Below, in pieces: positions 1 through 11,593 of a stretch of 64,000 nucleotides of DNA. Below the pieces are notes generated by a model that had not been told where the DNA came from, made no database searches, and worked only from the letters and a program-made list of their open reading frames with translations. The translations under genes and the position numbers were made by a program. The stretch's first letter is position 1. Every line of letters begins with the position of its first letter. The DNA is from Spirochaetota bacterium (GTDB taxonomy: Bacteria > Spirochaetota > Leptospiria > Turneriellales > Turneriellaceae). Location: assembly GCA_049323535.1 (NCBI GenBank), contig JBMOPL010000006.1:31614-95613 (forward strand), in the 5' to 3' direction.

Positions 1-2
1 AC

Positions 3-545
3 GTCATTCACAGCTTCGCCATTCCCTCCTTTTATGTCAAACAAGACGTCGTGCCGGGCCTGACTTCACGCCTCTGGTTTGAGCCAACACAGACCGGCGA
101 ATTCGTCATTACCTGTAATGAATACTGCGGTGACAAACACTCGGGAATGCTCGGCAAGTTCAAAGTAGTTGAGCCTGCTGAATTCGACCAGTGGAAGGCT
201 GAGAAACTCGCAGCCCTGCAGAAAGAACTCGATCAGGATGCTTCGGGCGGGCCGGTCGATGAAACTGCCCTCATCGCGAAAGGTAAAGAGCTCTACGGCG
301 CCAAGGGCTGTACTGCTTGCCATTCGCTGAATGGTTCGCCGGGTGCGGCGCCTACTTTCAAGGGCCTCTATGGCAAAGAAGAAGTGCTGACCACTGGCAA
401 GATCAAGGTCGACGACGCATACCTCGCAGAATCGATGCTGAAACCAGCAGCCAAAGTTGTTAAAGGATATGCGCCCATGCCGAACATGGGCGTTGAAGAG
501 GGTGACGTGAAGCCGCTGATCGCCTTCATCAAGTCACTGAAATAG
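3..545 (+). CDS. ctaC: Cytochrome c oxidase subunit II with C-terminal cytochrome c domain (caa3 type), 5' end outside window
   Basis: Frame is open from the window edge (VIHSFAIPSFYVKQDVVPG); CuA motif CNEYCGDKHSGM; heme motif CTACH; distal Met in PMP. Confidence 0.95.
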   Translation, partial: VIHSFAIPSFYVKQDVVPGLTSRLWFEPTQTGEFVITCNEYCGDKHSGMLGKFKVVEPAEFDQWKAEKLAALQKELDQDASGGPVDETALIAKGKELYGAKGCTACHSLNGSPGAAPTFKGLYGKEEVLTTGKIKVDDAYLAESMLKPAAKVVKGYAPMPNMGVEEGDVKPLIAFIKSLK

Positions 546-554
546 GGGGAATAA

Positions 555-3019
<2,465 letters not shown>

Positions 3020-3028
3020 GGAGATACA

Positions 3029-3349
3029 ATGGCACACTCAGATTCAAGCCAACCACACTCACACATGAAGGAGCTCGCGCTGACATTCGCGGCTCTTATC
3101 GTGCTGACAATTGTGACCGTGAAGATCGCTAAGCTGGACTTCGGTGGCGTAGCGATAAACATCAGTATTGCGATGTTCATCGCGTCGATCAAAGCAGGCC
3201 TCGTGGCGCTCTACTTCATGCACCTTAAGTGGGAAGAAAAGCTGATCGTCGGTTTTGCTGCGCTCTCGATTCCGTTCGTCATCCTCATGATTGCGACCAT
3301 GGTTTGGGACGTTTCGCAGAAAACGGCGGAGCTGATCTACGCGAAGTAA
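3029..3349 (+). CDS. ctaF: Cytochrome c oxidase subunit IV (caa3-type)
   Basis: IKAGLVALYFMHLKWE motif, 3 TM helices, operon position, AGGAG SD. Confidence 0.85.
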   Translation: MAHSDSSQPHSHMKELALTFAALIVLTIVTVKIAKLDFGGVAINISIAMFIASIKAGLVALYFMHLKWEEKLIVGFAALSIPFVILMIATMVWDVSQKTAELIYAK

Positions 3350-3371
3350 AAAGCTAGACTAGTCCAATTGC

Positions 3372-3400
3372 AAAAGCCCACAGTCCTGTGGGCTTTTTTA
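3372..3400 (+). terminator. Rho-independent terminator of the oxidase operon
   Basis: AAAAGCCCACA-GTCC-TGTGGGCTTTTTT hairpin plus T tract. Confidence 0.85.
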
Positions 3401-3413
3401 TTTGCCCCTGTAA

Positions 3414-4733
3414 ATGTCGAAGAACAAAAAAGACAAAATATCCTACCTCTGTACCGAGTGCGGCGAATCCTTCGCGAAGTGGTCCGGACAATGCCCTTCG
3501 TGCAAGACCTGGAACAGCCTGACGGAGAATCGTTTCGCCGCGGATGAAGCAGAATCACGCCCGGCAGCAGCGATCATCACCGAATCTGCCGGTGATCGCA
3601 GCATCATTTCAACCGGCCTAAGGCAGTTTGACCAGATTCTGGGTGGCGGTTTGATGCCGGGGGCCGTGGTCCTGCTCGGCGGAGAACCTGGCATCGGCAA
3701 ATCAACGCTGCTGCTCGAAATCATGCGCACAGCCCCGGCTGTTTATGTTACTGGTGAAGAGAGCCTGCAGCAGGTGAAGGCAAGGGCAGAGCGGCTCGGT
3801 CTCAAGGGTGATCTCGACATCATACAGGGCAATAGCCTGCCACAAGTGCTCAAATACGTCGAGCAGAAGAAGGCCGGGCTTGTTCTGCTGGATTCGATAC
3901 AGACCGCTTACACGGACGACCGCAGCGGTTTCGCCGGATCTCCCTCTCAGATACGCGAGGTCACCCATCGAATTATCGAATTTGCGAAAGCGCGGCAGGT
4001 GGCATTCGTGCTCGCGGGGCACATTACGAAAGACGGGCAGATTGCGGGCCCGAAGTTACTCGAACATGCGGTCGATACAGTCATCTATTTTGAGCAGAAC
4101 CAGCAGACGCGCTACCGTTTTTTACGTGCAGTGAAGAACCGCTTTGGTGCCACCGGGGACATTGCGATCTTCGAGATGACCGCGACAGGTTTCCGCGAGA
4201 TCGAGAGCGCAGATTCTCTCATACCGGTTCAGGAAATCGGTGGTATTGGTAGCTGCCTGTTTCCACAATTGGAGGGCACCCGTGTTGTGCCGCTCGAAAT
4301 CCAGGTGTTGGTAACTCCCACTGGCTTTGCCAACGGCCGCCGCATCGGCGAGAATGTCGAGCTTTCGCGCATTCACCTGATAGCCGCCATTCTCGAAAAA
4401 TTCTGCGGTCTTAAGCTTTCGCAGTGCGATATCTTTGTCCGGGTTAACGGCGGTACGCAGCTGAGCGAGGGCGCGGGGGACCTCGCGCTGCTCTTCGCGA
4501 TGGCTTCGAGTTACCTGGAGAAGCCCCTGCCGAAGCGTCGCGCAGTGGCAGGCCAGGTTTCACTGACCGGTGAAGTGCGCAGTCCGGGTGGCCTGGAAGA
4601 GCGGCGGCGCGCCCTCGCGTCGTGGAAGATTCCACGTGCCCTGTGGGGCGGAGTGCGTGAGGGTTCTGCTCCTGGCCTTGAAGAGGTATTCATTCCGTAT
4701 CTGGACCGCGAACTGAAGCAGCTGGAGGGTTAG
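3414..4733 (+). CDS. radA: DNA repair protein RadA/Sms
   Basis: C4 zinc finger CTECG..CPSC, Walker A GEPGIGKST, KNRFG motif, Lon-like C-terminal domain. Confidence 0.95.
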   Translation: MSKNKKDKISYLCTECGESFAKWSGQCPSCKTWNSLTENRFAADEAESRPAAAIITESAGDRSIISTGLRQFDQILGGGLMPGAVVLLGGEPGIGKSTLLLEIMRTAPAVYVTGEESLQQVKARAERLGLKGDLDIIQGNSLPQVLKYVEQKKAGLVLLDSIQTAYTDDRSGFAGSPSQIREVTHRIIEFAKARQVAFVLAGHITKDGQIAGPKLLEHAVDTVIYFEQNQQTRYRFLRAVKNRFGATGDIAIFEMTATGFREIESADSLIPVQEIGGIGSCLFPQLEGTRVVPLEIQVLVTPTGFANGRRIGENVELSRIHLIAAILEKFCGLKLSQCDIFVRVNGGTQLSEGAGDLALLFAMASSYLEKPLPKRRAVAGQVSLTGEVRSPGGLEERRRALASWKIPRALWGGVREGSAPGLEEVFIPYLDRELKQLEG

Positions 4734-5282
4734 TTAGCCCGCTGGGTATCCCCAGCGCTGTTCTGGTGGAAAGCTCTGGAAGGTGAAGCTGCGCTGCGTG
4801 GGTAGTGTGAGATCATTTGTGGCGGTTAGGGGTATGGTTATCCAGCGTTTGATACCTCTCCAAAACAGGCAGGCGTCGGAAACGTAGCGTTGGCTATGGA
4901 TATCCATATCAAGACGACGGAGGTATAGTCTCAGAGCAATTCGGAAGAGCGCTGCAACGGATATTCCCAATTGTATTGCGGCGAGGCGCAATAACCGGGC
5001 ATCTTCGCCGTAAAGACAAACCAGGTGACGGTGATGATCTCCTACTGCGTAATCATTTCTGTCTATTTCGTGCAATTCTGACAACGCCCTGCGCCCTCGC
5101 ACCTGATTGCGTTCCGCCAGGGCGAATGCGCAGAAGCGCGAAATCAGGGAAAAGCTCGTGCCACGCCGCATTGCCGTCGCACAAACCCTCCGCCAGAGCG
5201 ACCTAGGCATTCTGACCTCCCAAACTTCTGTGATTTTTGTAGGCTTGTGTGCCAGAAACTCTGGTTGCCGCGTGCATTTCAT
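4734..5282 (-). CDS. Hypothetical protein, Leptospiraceae DUF1564-like, predicted ribbon-helix-helix repeats
   Basis: 182-aa ORF; strand-helix-helix pattern GISVAALFRIALRLYLRRL resembles the ORF at 22864. Confidence 0.5.
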   Translation of the reverse strand: MKCTRQPEFLAHKPTKITEVWEVRMPRSLWRRVCATAMRRGTSFSLISRFCAFALAERNQVRGRRALSELHEIDRNDYAVGDHHRHLVCLYGEDARLLRLAAIQLGISVAALFRIALRLYLRRLDMDIHSQRYVSDACLFWRGIKRWITIPLTATNDLTLPTQRSFTFQSFPPEQRWGYPAG

Positions 5283-5418
5283 ACATCCCCCTATATATTA
5301 AATACCGGTAAATGCCGCTTTTTTCTCACCGAAACAGAGTTTTTTCCTGTTATGGAATTCCCGAGCCGCGAAAGCCAGATTAGCTTTACGGGAATAATCG
5401 GTTTGCCCGAGCTGCTGT

Positions 5419-6570
5419 ATGATCCGCACCTTCGTTCAACGCTCACTATTTGCCATAGTCTCCATGGCACTGTTCAGCAGTGGCTGCAAATCGACCTCTG
5501 ACAAACCGCAGGAAAACCAGGGCTGGGTAGAAGTCACGGGCATCGCCGCAATCAAGAGCGGTAATCTGGGTCTGGCAAAAGACGAAGCGCTCAAAGATGC
5601 CAAGCGGGTCGCGGTTCAGGAAGTGCTCGGCAGCATGGTATCGGCGCGCAGTGATGTGAAAAACTTCGAGCTCGTGCGGCAGACGGTTACCAGCAAATCA
5701 GAAGGCATGATCGAAACTTTTTCTATCGTTTCTTCGCAGGCTGTTTCAGAGGTTGAATACCACGTACGCATCAAGGCAAAGGTCAGCGAAGCGATGATCA
5801 ACCAGACGATTGAAGAAGTCGTAGCATCGCAGGGCAAACCGCGCATGATGGTGCTCGTCGACGAAAGTTTTAACAACAAAGCAGATGAAAACAAAGTTGC
5901 GCAAACCGAAATTGAAGCGCAGTTCATTGCACAGGGATTTCCTTTCGTAGACCGCGCGACCGTTGAGAAGATCGTCAGCAAAAACCGGCGCAAAATCGCT
6001 GCCGCGCTTGGTGGCAACAACGCTGCGGCGCGCGAATTGGGCGTAGATGCGGGTGCAGAAATCATTCTGGTGGGCTCGAGCCGCGTGAAAGAGGCCGGCA
6101 AGATTGCCGGTTCGCAGTTGATCTCCGTACAGGCTGACCTCAATGTACGCGTGATTGACATCAACACTGGCAAGATCCTCACCGCTGGGCAGGAACACGG
6201 TGCCTACCCCCACATCAATGCAGAAAGCGGCGGAGTGATGGCTGTGCGCAAGGCAGTAACGCCGCTGCGCGAAAAGCTGGTCGGCGACATCGTCAAACTC
6301 TGGGACATTAACCGCGCCAATACTATCGCCTTGCTCGTCACCGGGCTCGACTACGAAAAGCTCATGGTGCTGCGTGGCGAACTGACAGAGAAGGTACGCG
6401 GTGTTAAAGCTGTGAACCCGAAAGGTTCTGCAGGTAAGGCAGCAAAGCTCGAAGTAGAATTTGAAGGTTCGTCGTTTGATCTCGCCGATCGCCTGCTCAC
6501 GTCGGGACTCTCGGTGAAGCTGAAGATCGGCGATGTGAAGCCGAACTCTCTCGACGTCAGCGCAAAATAA
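5419..6570 (+). CDS. Lipoprotein with FlgT-like N-terminal domain
   Basis: Lipobox-like FSSGC; EVTGIAAI..AKDEALKDAKRVAVQEVLG typical of FlgT_N; CsgG/TolB-N-like middle region. Confidence 0.65.
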   Translation: MIRTFVQRSLFAIVSMALFSSGCKSTSDKPQENQGWVEVTGIAAIKSGNLGLAKDEALKDAKRVAVQEVLGSMVSARSDVKNFELVRQTVTSKSEGMIETFSIVSSQAVSEVEYHVRIKAKVSEAMINQTIEEVVASQGKPRMMVLVDESFNNKADENKVAQTEIEAQFIAQGFPFVDRATVEKIVSKNRRKIAAALGGNNAAARELGVDAGAEIILVGSSRVKEAGKIAGSQLISVQADLNVRVIDINTGKILTAGQEHGAYPHINAESGGVMAVRKAVTPLREKLVGDIVKLWDINRANTIALLVTGLDYEKLMVLRGELTEKVRGVKAVNPKGSAGKAAKLEVEFEGSSFDLADRLLTSGLSVKLKIGDVKPNSLDVSAK

Positions 6571-6575
6571 GCCGG

Positions 6576-7079
6576 TCAGGCCCCTTGCTGGGCCAACCGC
6601 TCGCAGGCCCTCAACATGATCTCGTGATCTTTGATGAGGGCTTCTTTGTGCGATTGCAGTATTGCCTTGGCTACGGTGTTGCCAACAATCGGCACGCTGA
6701 CATGCACGTGTACTTCATATTCGCGTACGGTTAGATTCTCACCCAGGGAAACATAAGGGCACGTTGCCGTGATTTTAACCTTGTCGGGAGCATACTCGGA
6801 GTGCATGGTGAATTGACTCAGATTCGTTTCTGTATTAAAATAGTTCGTATCGACCATCTCGAGCATGCCTGCGGGTACTAGCTTTTTGATCACATCGGGA
6901 ATCGCACTGCCAAACCGAAACAGGCGGCGGGTGATAACAACCGGGCCGTCATGTTCTACGCCCAGCAACTCCTGGGATTTAAGGCCTGGTTGATTTTCAA
7001 TGTCGTCGTAGCGCAGCTCGCGCGCCGCGATGACGGTTTTTATGGGGTAAGGGAATTCCTGTCGCAGCGTAAAACGCAT
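6576..7079 (-). CDS. DUF2505-like SRPBCC/START-fold protein
   Basis: F.L..EFPYP..V..ARE.RY start; VHVSVPIVGNTVAKAI C-terminal helix; paralog of 7128-7634. Confidence 0.6.
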   Translation of the reverse strand: MRFTLRQEFPYPIKTVIAARELRYDDIENQPGLKSQELLGVEHDGPVVITRRLFRFGSAIPDVIKKLVPAGMLEMVDTNYFNTETNLSQFTMHSEYAPDKVKITATCPYVSLGENLTVREYEVHVHVSVPIVGNTVAKAILQSHKEALIKDHEIMLRACERLAQQGA

Positions 7080-7127
7080 AGTGCATAAAGTTTTTGACCG
7101 ATACTCTGTCTTTTCGGATTCTCACTC

Positions 7128-7634
7128 GTGCAGAAGGCCACCCTGGAACACCGGTTTCCGTTCTCATTTGAAAAATTGGTGGATATTCGTGAAGAACGCT
7201 ACCAGAATCTCGATATATGGGACATGTTCTCTGCCGCGATACTCCTCAAAGAAGAAGATGACGGCAATATTCGCAGGCGCGAATACAAGCTGCTGATTCG
7301 CACAGCTCTCCCCCTGTTCGCTCAGAAACTGCTCGCGAGCGGTGAAGCACTTGCCTGCTATGAAATCACAACACTCGACCGGCAAAAGCAGCAGTATACG
7401 TCTGACACAAGGTTGCGCATCGTGAATTCGGCGATTAACTTTGTCGAACAATCGCTTTATTCAGCGGATGGCGTTGATCGCAGTAAGCGCACCATTGATA
7501 TTGAAGCCAGCGTGAAGATACCAGGTATTGGCAAGCTGATCGAAAAACTCATCGTGCATGAGTTTCATGAGCAGAGTGGTGTCGACTGCGAACGGATCCT
7601 GAAATTTGCGAAAGACCGCTACGGGCTCGGTTAG
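7128..7634 (+). CDS. DUF2505-like SRPBCC/START-fold protein
   Basis: LEHRFPFSFEKLVDIREERY start; ASVKIPGIGKLIEKLI helix. Confidence 0.6.
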   Translation: MQKATLEHRFPFSFEKLVDIREERYQNLDIWDMFSAAILLKEEDDGNIRRREYKLLIRTALPLFAQKLLASGEALACYEITTLDRQKQQYTSDTRLRIVNSAINFVEQSLYSADGVDRSKRTIDIEASVKIPGIGKLIEKLIVHEFHEQSGVDCERILKFAKDRYGLG

Positions 7635-8998
7635 TCTTTCTTAACCAGCGACAGGGTGCGGCGGCCGAGCACGATTGCACCAGGCAGCAGTGAAGCCAAG
7701 GCGGAAATACCGATCGCCGCGGTGTAGATCATCGCGCGCTGGGCTGTGCCGAGTTCCAGTTTCAGTTCGGTCAAATCAGCAGGAGACAGTTTTGTGAGCC
7801 ATGGCAGCTCAGTGAGGTGCTGTTGCAGCAGGCGGAGCGCCGGCTCTGACAGGGCAATGGCCAGCGAAGAATGTATGAATCCCCATAACGCACCTTCGAT
7901 TGCCAGCAAGAACCAGAGAAACAGCATTGAAGAACCGAAGACCAGGTAGAGCCCGAACTCGTAACGGTTCTGCACTGCCAGTAGCGCAAACGAGTTGGCG
8001 AGCGCGATGGCTGCAAGCGCCCCGAGCACAACTGCGACAATCATGAAGATCAGATCGAGCTTCTCGAGTGATTTGAGTATGGAGTCAAATTTTTTGCTCT
8101 GCTCGGGAATACGCAGGCGCTCGGCTTTTGCCGCTTTAAGAATACCCGGTAAAACTTTTTCGCTCGCGATTTCGACAAACAACTGGTCGTAGCTGTTGAG
8201 CGCATTGGTTTGCTTGCGCTCGCGGTGCTTCTTTTGCACCCATTCGAGCGGCACACCGAGAGCTGAAACGACACCGGGGGGAGCAAAGCCGCACACGACC
8301 AGGAACGCGTCTTCTGTCTGCGCCCATTTTGTGCCGACTATGCTTTGACCGAGCAAGGCTCGCAGGCGCAGGCCGACGAGGCTCTGTGCTGAGATGTTGG
8401 GCAGCCCGTTGATCATAGCGTATGCGTACATGATCTCGAGATAACTTTCAGGCACGAGTACCGGAATTTCGTCGATTTCTTTGCCCTTGTCTTCGGCTTT
8501 GCTGCCTGCATATGGTGCCTTGCAGCGCATGAGGGGGCGGAACATCTTCTGTGGCACACCTTGCAATACCAGGTCGAAGCTGAACCCGAGTTGTGAAAGT
8601 ATCGGGTCTTCGAATCGTCCAATCGCCGGCTGCTGCAAAAGCTGAGTTGCCGTGACACTGCGCACGTCGCCCGGCTGACCCCAGTTTTTCGCGCGCTCAA
8701 CCAAACGCGAATTGATGTGCATCAGGTTGTCCTGTTCTTTCTTGAACATCCCCCACGTTGCATTACCCTTGCCCACAACGGCAAGGTCGGGCACCAGGCG
8801 CAGGGTCTGCGGCGGCAGGCTGGATTCCATTTTCGAGCGGATCATGCTCTTGATTGGGTCAAGTACTCCAAGTATGGTGATCACCACGAGCAGCGACAGG
8901 AAGAGCCCAATTGAGGACAGTGCATTTCGTATGAAGTGCTTCCGTGCAATAAACAGAACGAGATAGAGACGCCTGAGCACAAACCTGACGAAATTCAT
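7631..8998 (-). CDS. ABC transporter permease, FtsX/MacB-like
   Basis: One N-terminal TM, large periplasmic domain, three C-terminal TMs; RYEFGLYLVFG equivalent of the R..E.G...A.G motif; overlaps its ATPase gene. Confidence 0.75.
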   Translation of the reverse strand: MNFVRFVLRRLYLVLFIARKHFIRNALSSIGLFLSLLVVITILGVLDPIKSMIRSKMESSLPPQTLRLVPDLAVVGKGNATWGMFKKEQDNLMHINSRLVERAKNWGQPGDVRSVTATQLLQQPAIGRFEDPILSQLGFSFDLVLQGVPQKMFRPLMRCKAPYAGSKAEDKGKEIDEIPVLVPESYLEIMYAYAMINGLPNISAQSLVGLRLRALLGQSIVGTKWAQTEDAFLVVCGFAPPGVVSALGVPLEWVQKKHRERKQTNALNSYDQLFVEIASEKVLPGILKAAKAERLRIPEQSKKFDSILKSLEKLDLIFMIVAVVLGALAAIALANSFALLAVQNRYEFGLYLVFGSSMLFLWFLLAIEGALWGFIHSSLAIALSEPALRLLQQHLTELPWLTKLSPADLTELKLELGTAQRAMIYTAAIGISALASLLPGAIVLGRRTLSLVKKD

Positions 8999-9705
8999 GT
9001 CTCTGCCCCACCGGCCTTTCTGCGCTTTTTTGGAGCGGCGTTCGTGTTTTCAGAGAACCGGCCGTTACTGAGGCGCAGCACCCGGTCGGCCCGCTTCATG
9101 ATGTATTCGCTGTGCGAAATGCAAATGAGTGTCAGGCCGTCATTGCGCAGTTCTTCAAGCACTGAAACTATCGCCACTTCTGTTGCACTGTCCAGGTTAC
9201 CTGTCGGTTCATCGAGCAGCAGGACCGGTGGATCCATCAACAACGCGCGGGCGAGGCCGGTGCGCTGTGCTTCGCCACCAGATATGGAGTTCGGGTACGC
9301 TTTCGCGCGGTGTGCAATACCCAGGCGCTGCATGCGTTCGGCGAGACGCTTCTTATTAAGCGAAGCGCCGGAAAACAATGAGGGAAAGCGGATGTTCTGC
9401 TCGACCGTCAGAAACGGCAACAGGCGAAAATCCTGGAACAGGAAGCCGATGTTGTTCTTGCGAAAGCGACCTAATCCAAATTCTCCCAACCCCCGGTAAA
9501 CGGGTTTGCCCTTGAAATGGTATGAACCCGCGTCAGGCTTGAGGAAGCCACCAAGTATATAGAGCAGCGTGCTCTTGCCGCTTCCTGACTCCCCCGCAAT
9601 AACCGAAAAGCTACCAGGGGCAAAGTCCAGAGAAATGTTGTCGAGTATTGTGCGCTTGCCGTAAGCAAAACGAATATCCTGCAGCGTTATGATCGGATCT
9701 TTCAA
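8995..9705 (-). CDS. ABC transporter ATP-binding protein (LolD/MacB-like)
   Basis: Walker A GESGSGKST, ISGGEAQR signature, LLLDEPTGNLD, H-loop ISHS. Confidence 0.93.
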   Translation of the reverse strand: MKDPIITLQDIRFAYGKRTILDNISLDFAPGSFSVIAGESGSGKSTLLYILGGFLKPDAGSYHFKGKPVYRGLGEFGLGRFRKNNIGFLFQDFRLLPFLTVEQNIRFPSLFSGASLNKKRLAERMQRLGIAHRAKAYPNSISGGEAQRTGLARALLMDPPVLLLDEPTGNLDSATEVAIVSVLEELRNDGLTLICISHSEYIMKRADRVLRLSNGRFSENTNAAPKKRRKAGGAET

Positions 9706-10778
9706 TGTTCGTTCCGGTTCATTGTGTCGATTTCGTAGACAGAAATATTCTTGTACGCCTGCGCTGCTGCAGTATTATAGAAGCAGATAACCTCGGTGCG
9801 CCTGCCCCGGTCAATATTGAACACCACTGAAGAAAGCTGTTCGCGCAGGAGAAATATACCCCGGCCATGCGAATCGTGCAGGCCTGCAGGCATGCCGGTT
9901 TCCGGGTCAGTGGACAAATGCCTGTGTAGTCGATAGAGTATCTCTTTCCTGGTCAGCCTGCCATGCGGGTCGATGCAGCAGAGGATAATCCACTCATCGC
10001 AGATACCAAACTGCAGCGTGAAATGGTCCTCTTCATCGAGGCGAATATCCTGGTGGGTGTGCAGGATATCTTCGTGCTGGTTCTTCGTCTGGTACTTGAA
10101 TTCGCCAAGGTCGTTAGTCGGTGCCCGGAACATGGCGTTCGAGGTAATTTCGTCGAGCACCAGCTTAATCGTGGCCTCAGACGCCCGCTTCTGCGATTTC
10201 AGTTGGGCGGCTATGCGGTCGCTGATTTCACCCCGTTCATGCAAAGTAGTGATGCGCGTGCTGTAAAGGACACCGTTCGCGAAAGGCCGCGGAAAATTGC
10301 GGAGTGTGACTTCAGTCTCTTCGAGTTGCGGAAAATACTTCTTCACGCCAAAAATGTCGCCAGAGAGCATCTTCTCGATCGTGACCTCGATCTCGCGCAG
10401 GCTCATGCGCCCGTGTTTTGTAATCACCTGGGAAAAGCCGTGCTCGCGGATTACGTCGATGAATTCGTTCACATCGTAAGAGGTGATCAGAATAATCGGT
10501 ATGTTGGGGCGTAGCTTGCGGGCCAGGCGCCCCATTTCAAGGCCATTCATCTCGGGCAGCTTAATGTCTGTGATCAACAGATCAATGTCAGGCGACATTG
10601 CCAGCATCATAAGTGCCTGTTCAGCGGTTGACGCTACCTGTACGTCATAACGCGAAAAAAGAAAGTCGCGGATTGCGAGCTGTATGGAATCGACGTCTTC
10701 AACCAGCAGGATGCGGTGCGAGCTCTTCTTGCCGTCGACTTCGAGCCCGAGAAAAGGAGCTGAAACGGCTTTGCTCAT
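9702..10778 (-). CDS. Response regulator with C-terminal RsbW-like HATPase domain
   Basis: REC: LVEDV, ITDIKLPEMNG; C-terminus DEITSNA (N box), IDPHG (G1), GRGIFLL (G2). Confidence 0.75.
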   Translation of the reverse strand: MSKAVSAPFLGLEVDGKKSSHRILLVEDVDSIQLAIRDFLFSRYDVQVASTAEQALMMLAMSPDIDLLITDIKLPEMNGLEMGRLARKLRPNIPIILITSYDVNEFIDVIREHGFSQVITKHGRMSLREIEVTIEKMLSGDIFGVKKYFPQLEETEVTLRNFPRPFANGVLYSTRITTLHERGEISDRIAAQLKSQKRASEATIKLVLDEITSNAMFRAPTNDLGEFKYQTKNQHEDILHTHQDIRLDEEDHFTLQFGICDEWIILCCIDPHGRLTRKEILYRLHRHLSTDPETGMPAGLHDSHGRGIFLLREQLSSVVFNIDRGRRTEVICFYNTAAAQAYKNISVYEIDTMNRNEH

Positions 10779-11416
10779 GGTATGATTGGCAGGTCGATGG
10801 TGACCCGGGTGAAAGGTTTTTTTGACATCATGCGAATCTTTCCGTTGTGTTCTGTGATGATCTTGCGTGCAATAAACAGGCCCAGGCCCCGGTTCAGTTT
10901 GCCTTTGGTTGTATAAAAAGGCTCAAACACGCGCGCGAGTTTCTGCCGGGGAATACCTCCGCCATCGTCGAGAAAGCGCATCCGTGCGAACTTACCCGTT
11001 CTCTTAACGCTCACGGTCAGGGTCACCTTCTCTTCGCCTTTGCGTACTTCTGCCAGGTCGAGCACGTTACGCACAATATTGTGCCAGGCCCTGCGCAGAC
11101 GCGAAAGGTCGCCAGCGATGACCAGTTTCGGGTCGCTTTCGGCCAGATCAATGATTATCGGTAACCGCGGGTTGGCGTTCACCTGCTCGACAAATTGCGC
11201 AATTTCCATCGAAAGATCGAGGCGCACCGTCCTGAAGATTTCACGGCGGTTGAGCGATTTTAATTCTTCGAGCAGGTCGGTTGCCGTCGTCAGGTCTTTT
11301 TCAAGTCCAGCAACGAGTTTCTGCATCTCCGTTGTTTTGACCAGTTTGCGTATTGCCTGCAGCGTCAGGTTCATGCCAGTCAGCGGACCATTCAGATCGT
11401 GTGCGATGACGCGCAC
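10775..11416 (-). CDS. Cytoplasmic histidine kinase (HisKA + HATPase) with no sensor domain; true start uncertain (frame open to 11518)
   Basis: H box IAHDLNGPL, N box NIVRNVLD, DDGGG, FEPFYTTK, GLGLFI. Confidence 0.8.
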   Translation of the reverse strand: MRVIAHDLNGPLTGMNLTLQAIRKLVKTTEMQKLVAGLEKDLTTATDLLEELKSLNRREIFRTVRLDLSMEIAQFVEQVNANPRLPIIIDLAESDPKLVIAGDLSRLRRAWHNIVRNVLDLAEVRKGEEKVTLTVSVKRTGKFARMRFLDDGGGIPRQKLARVFEPFYTTKGKLNRGLGLFIARKIITEHNGKIRMMSKKPFTRVTIDLPIIP

Positions 11417-11522
11417 AAAAAGTTCAAGCGATTCAAATTTTGCCTGGAAGAGTTTTTCCTCGCGGCTGATGCGGCCCCGGGTGGGGCGATTATTGGCAGA
11501 AGCAGCCGTCGGGGTACCCTAT

Positions 11523-11559
11523 AAAAAAAGGGAGCGTTCGCCGTAAGGCTTAAGCTCCC
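11523..11559 (-). terminator. Rho-independent terminator downstream of fcpB
   Basis: Minus strand GGGAGC..GCC-TTAC-GGC..GCTCCC followed by T7. Confidence 0.75.
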
Positions 11560-11593
11560 CCTTATGGTTGCAGGTCATGCGACCCGCAGCGAA

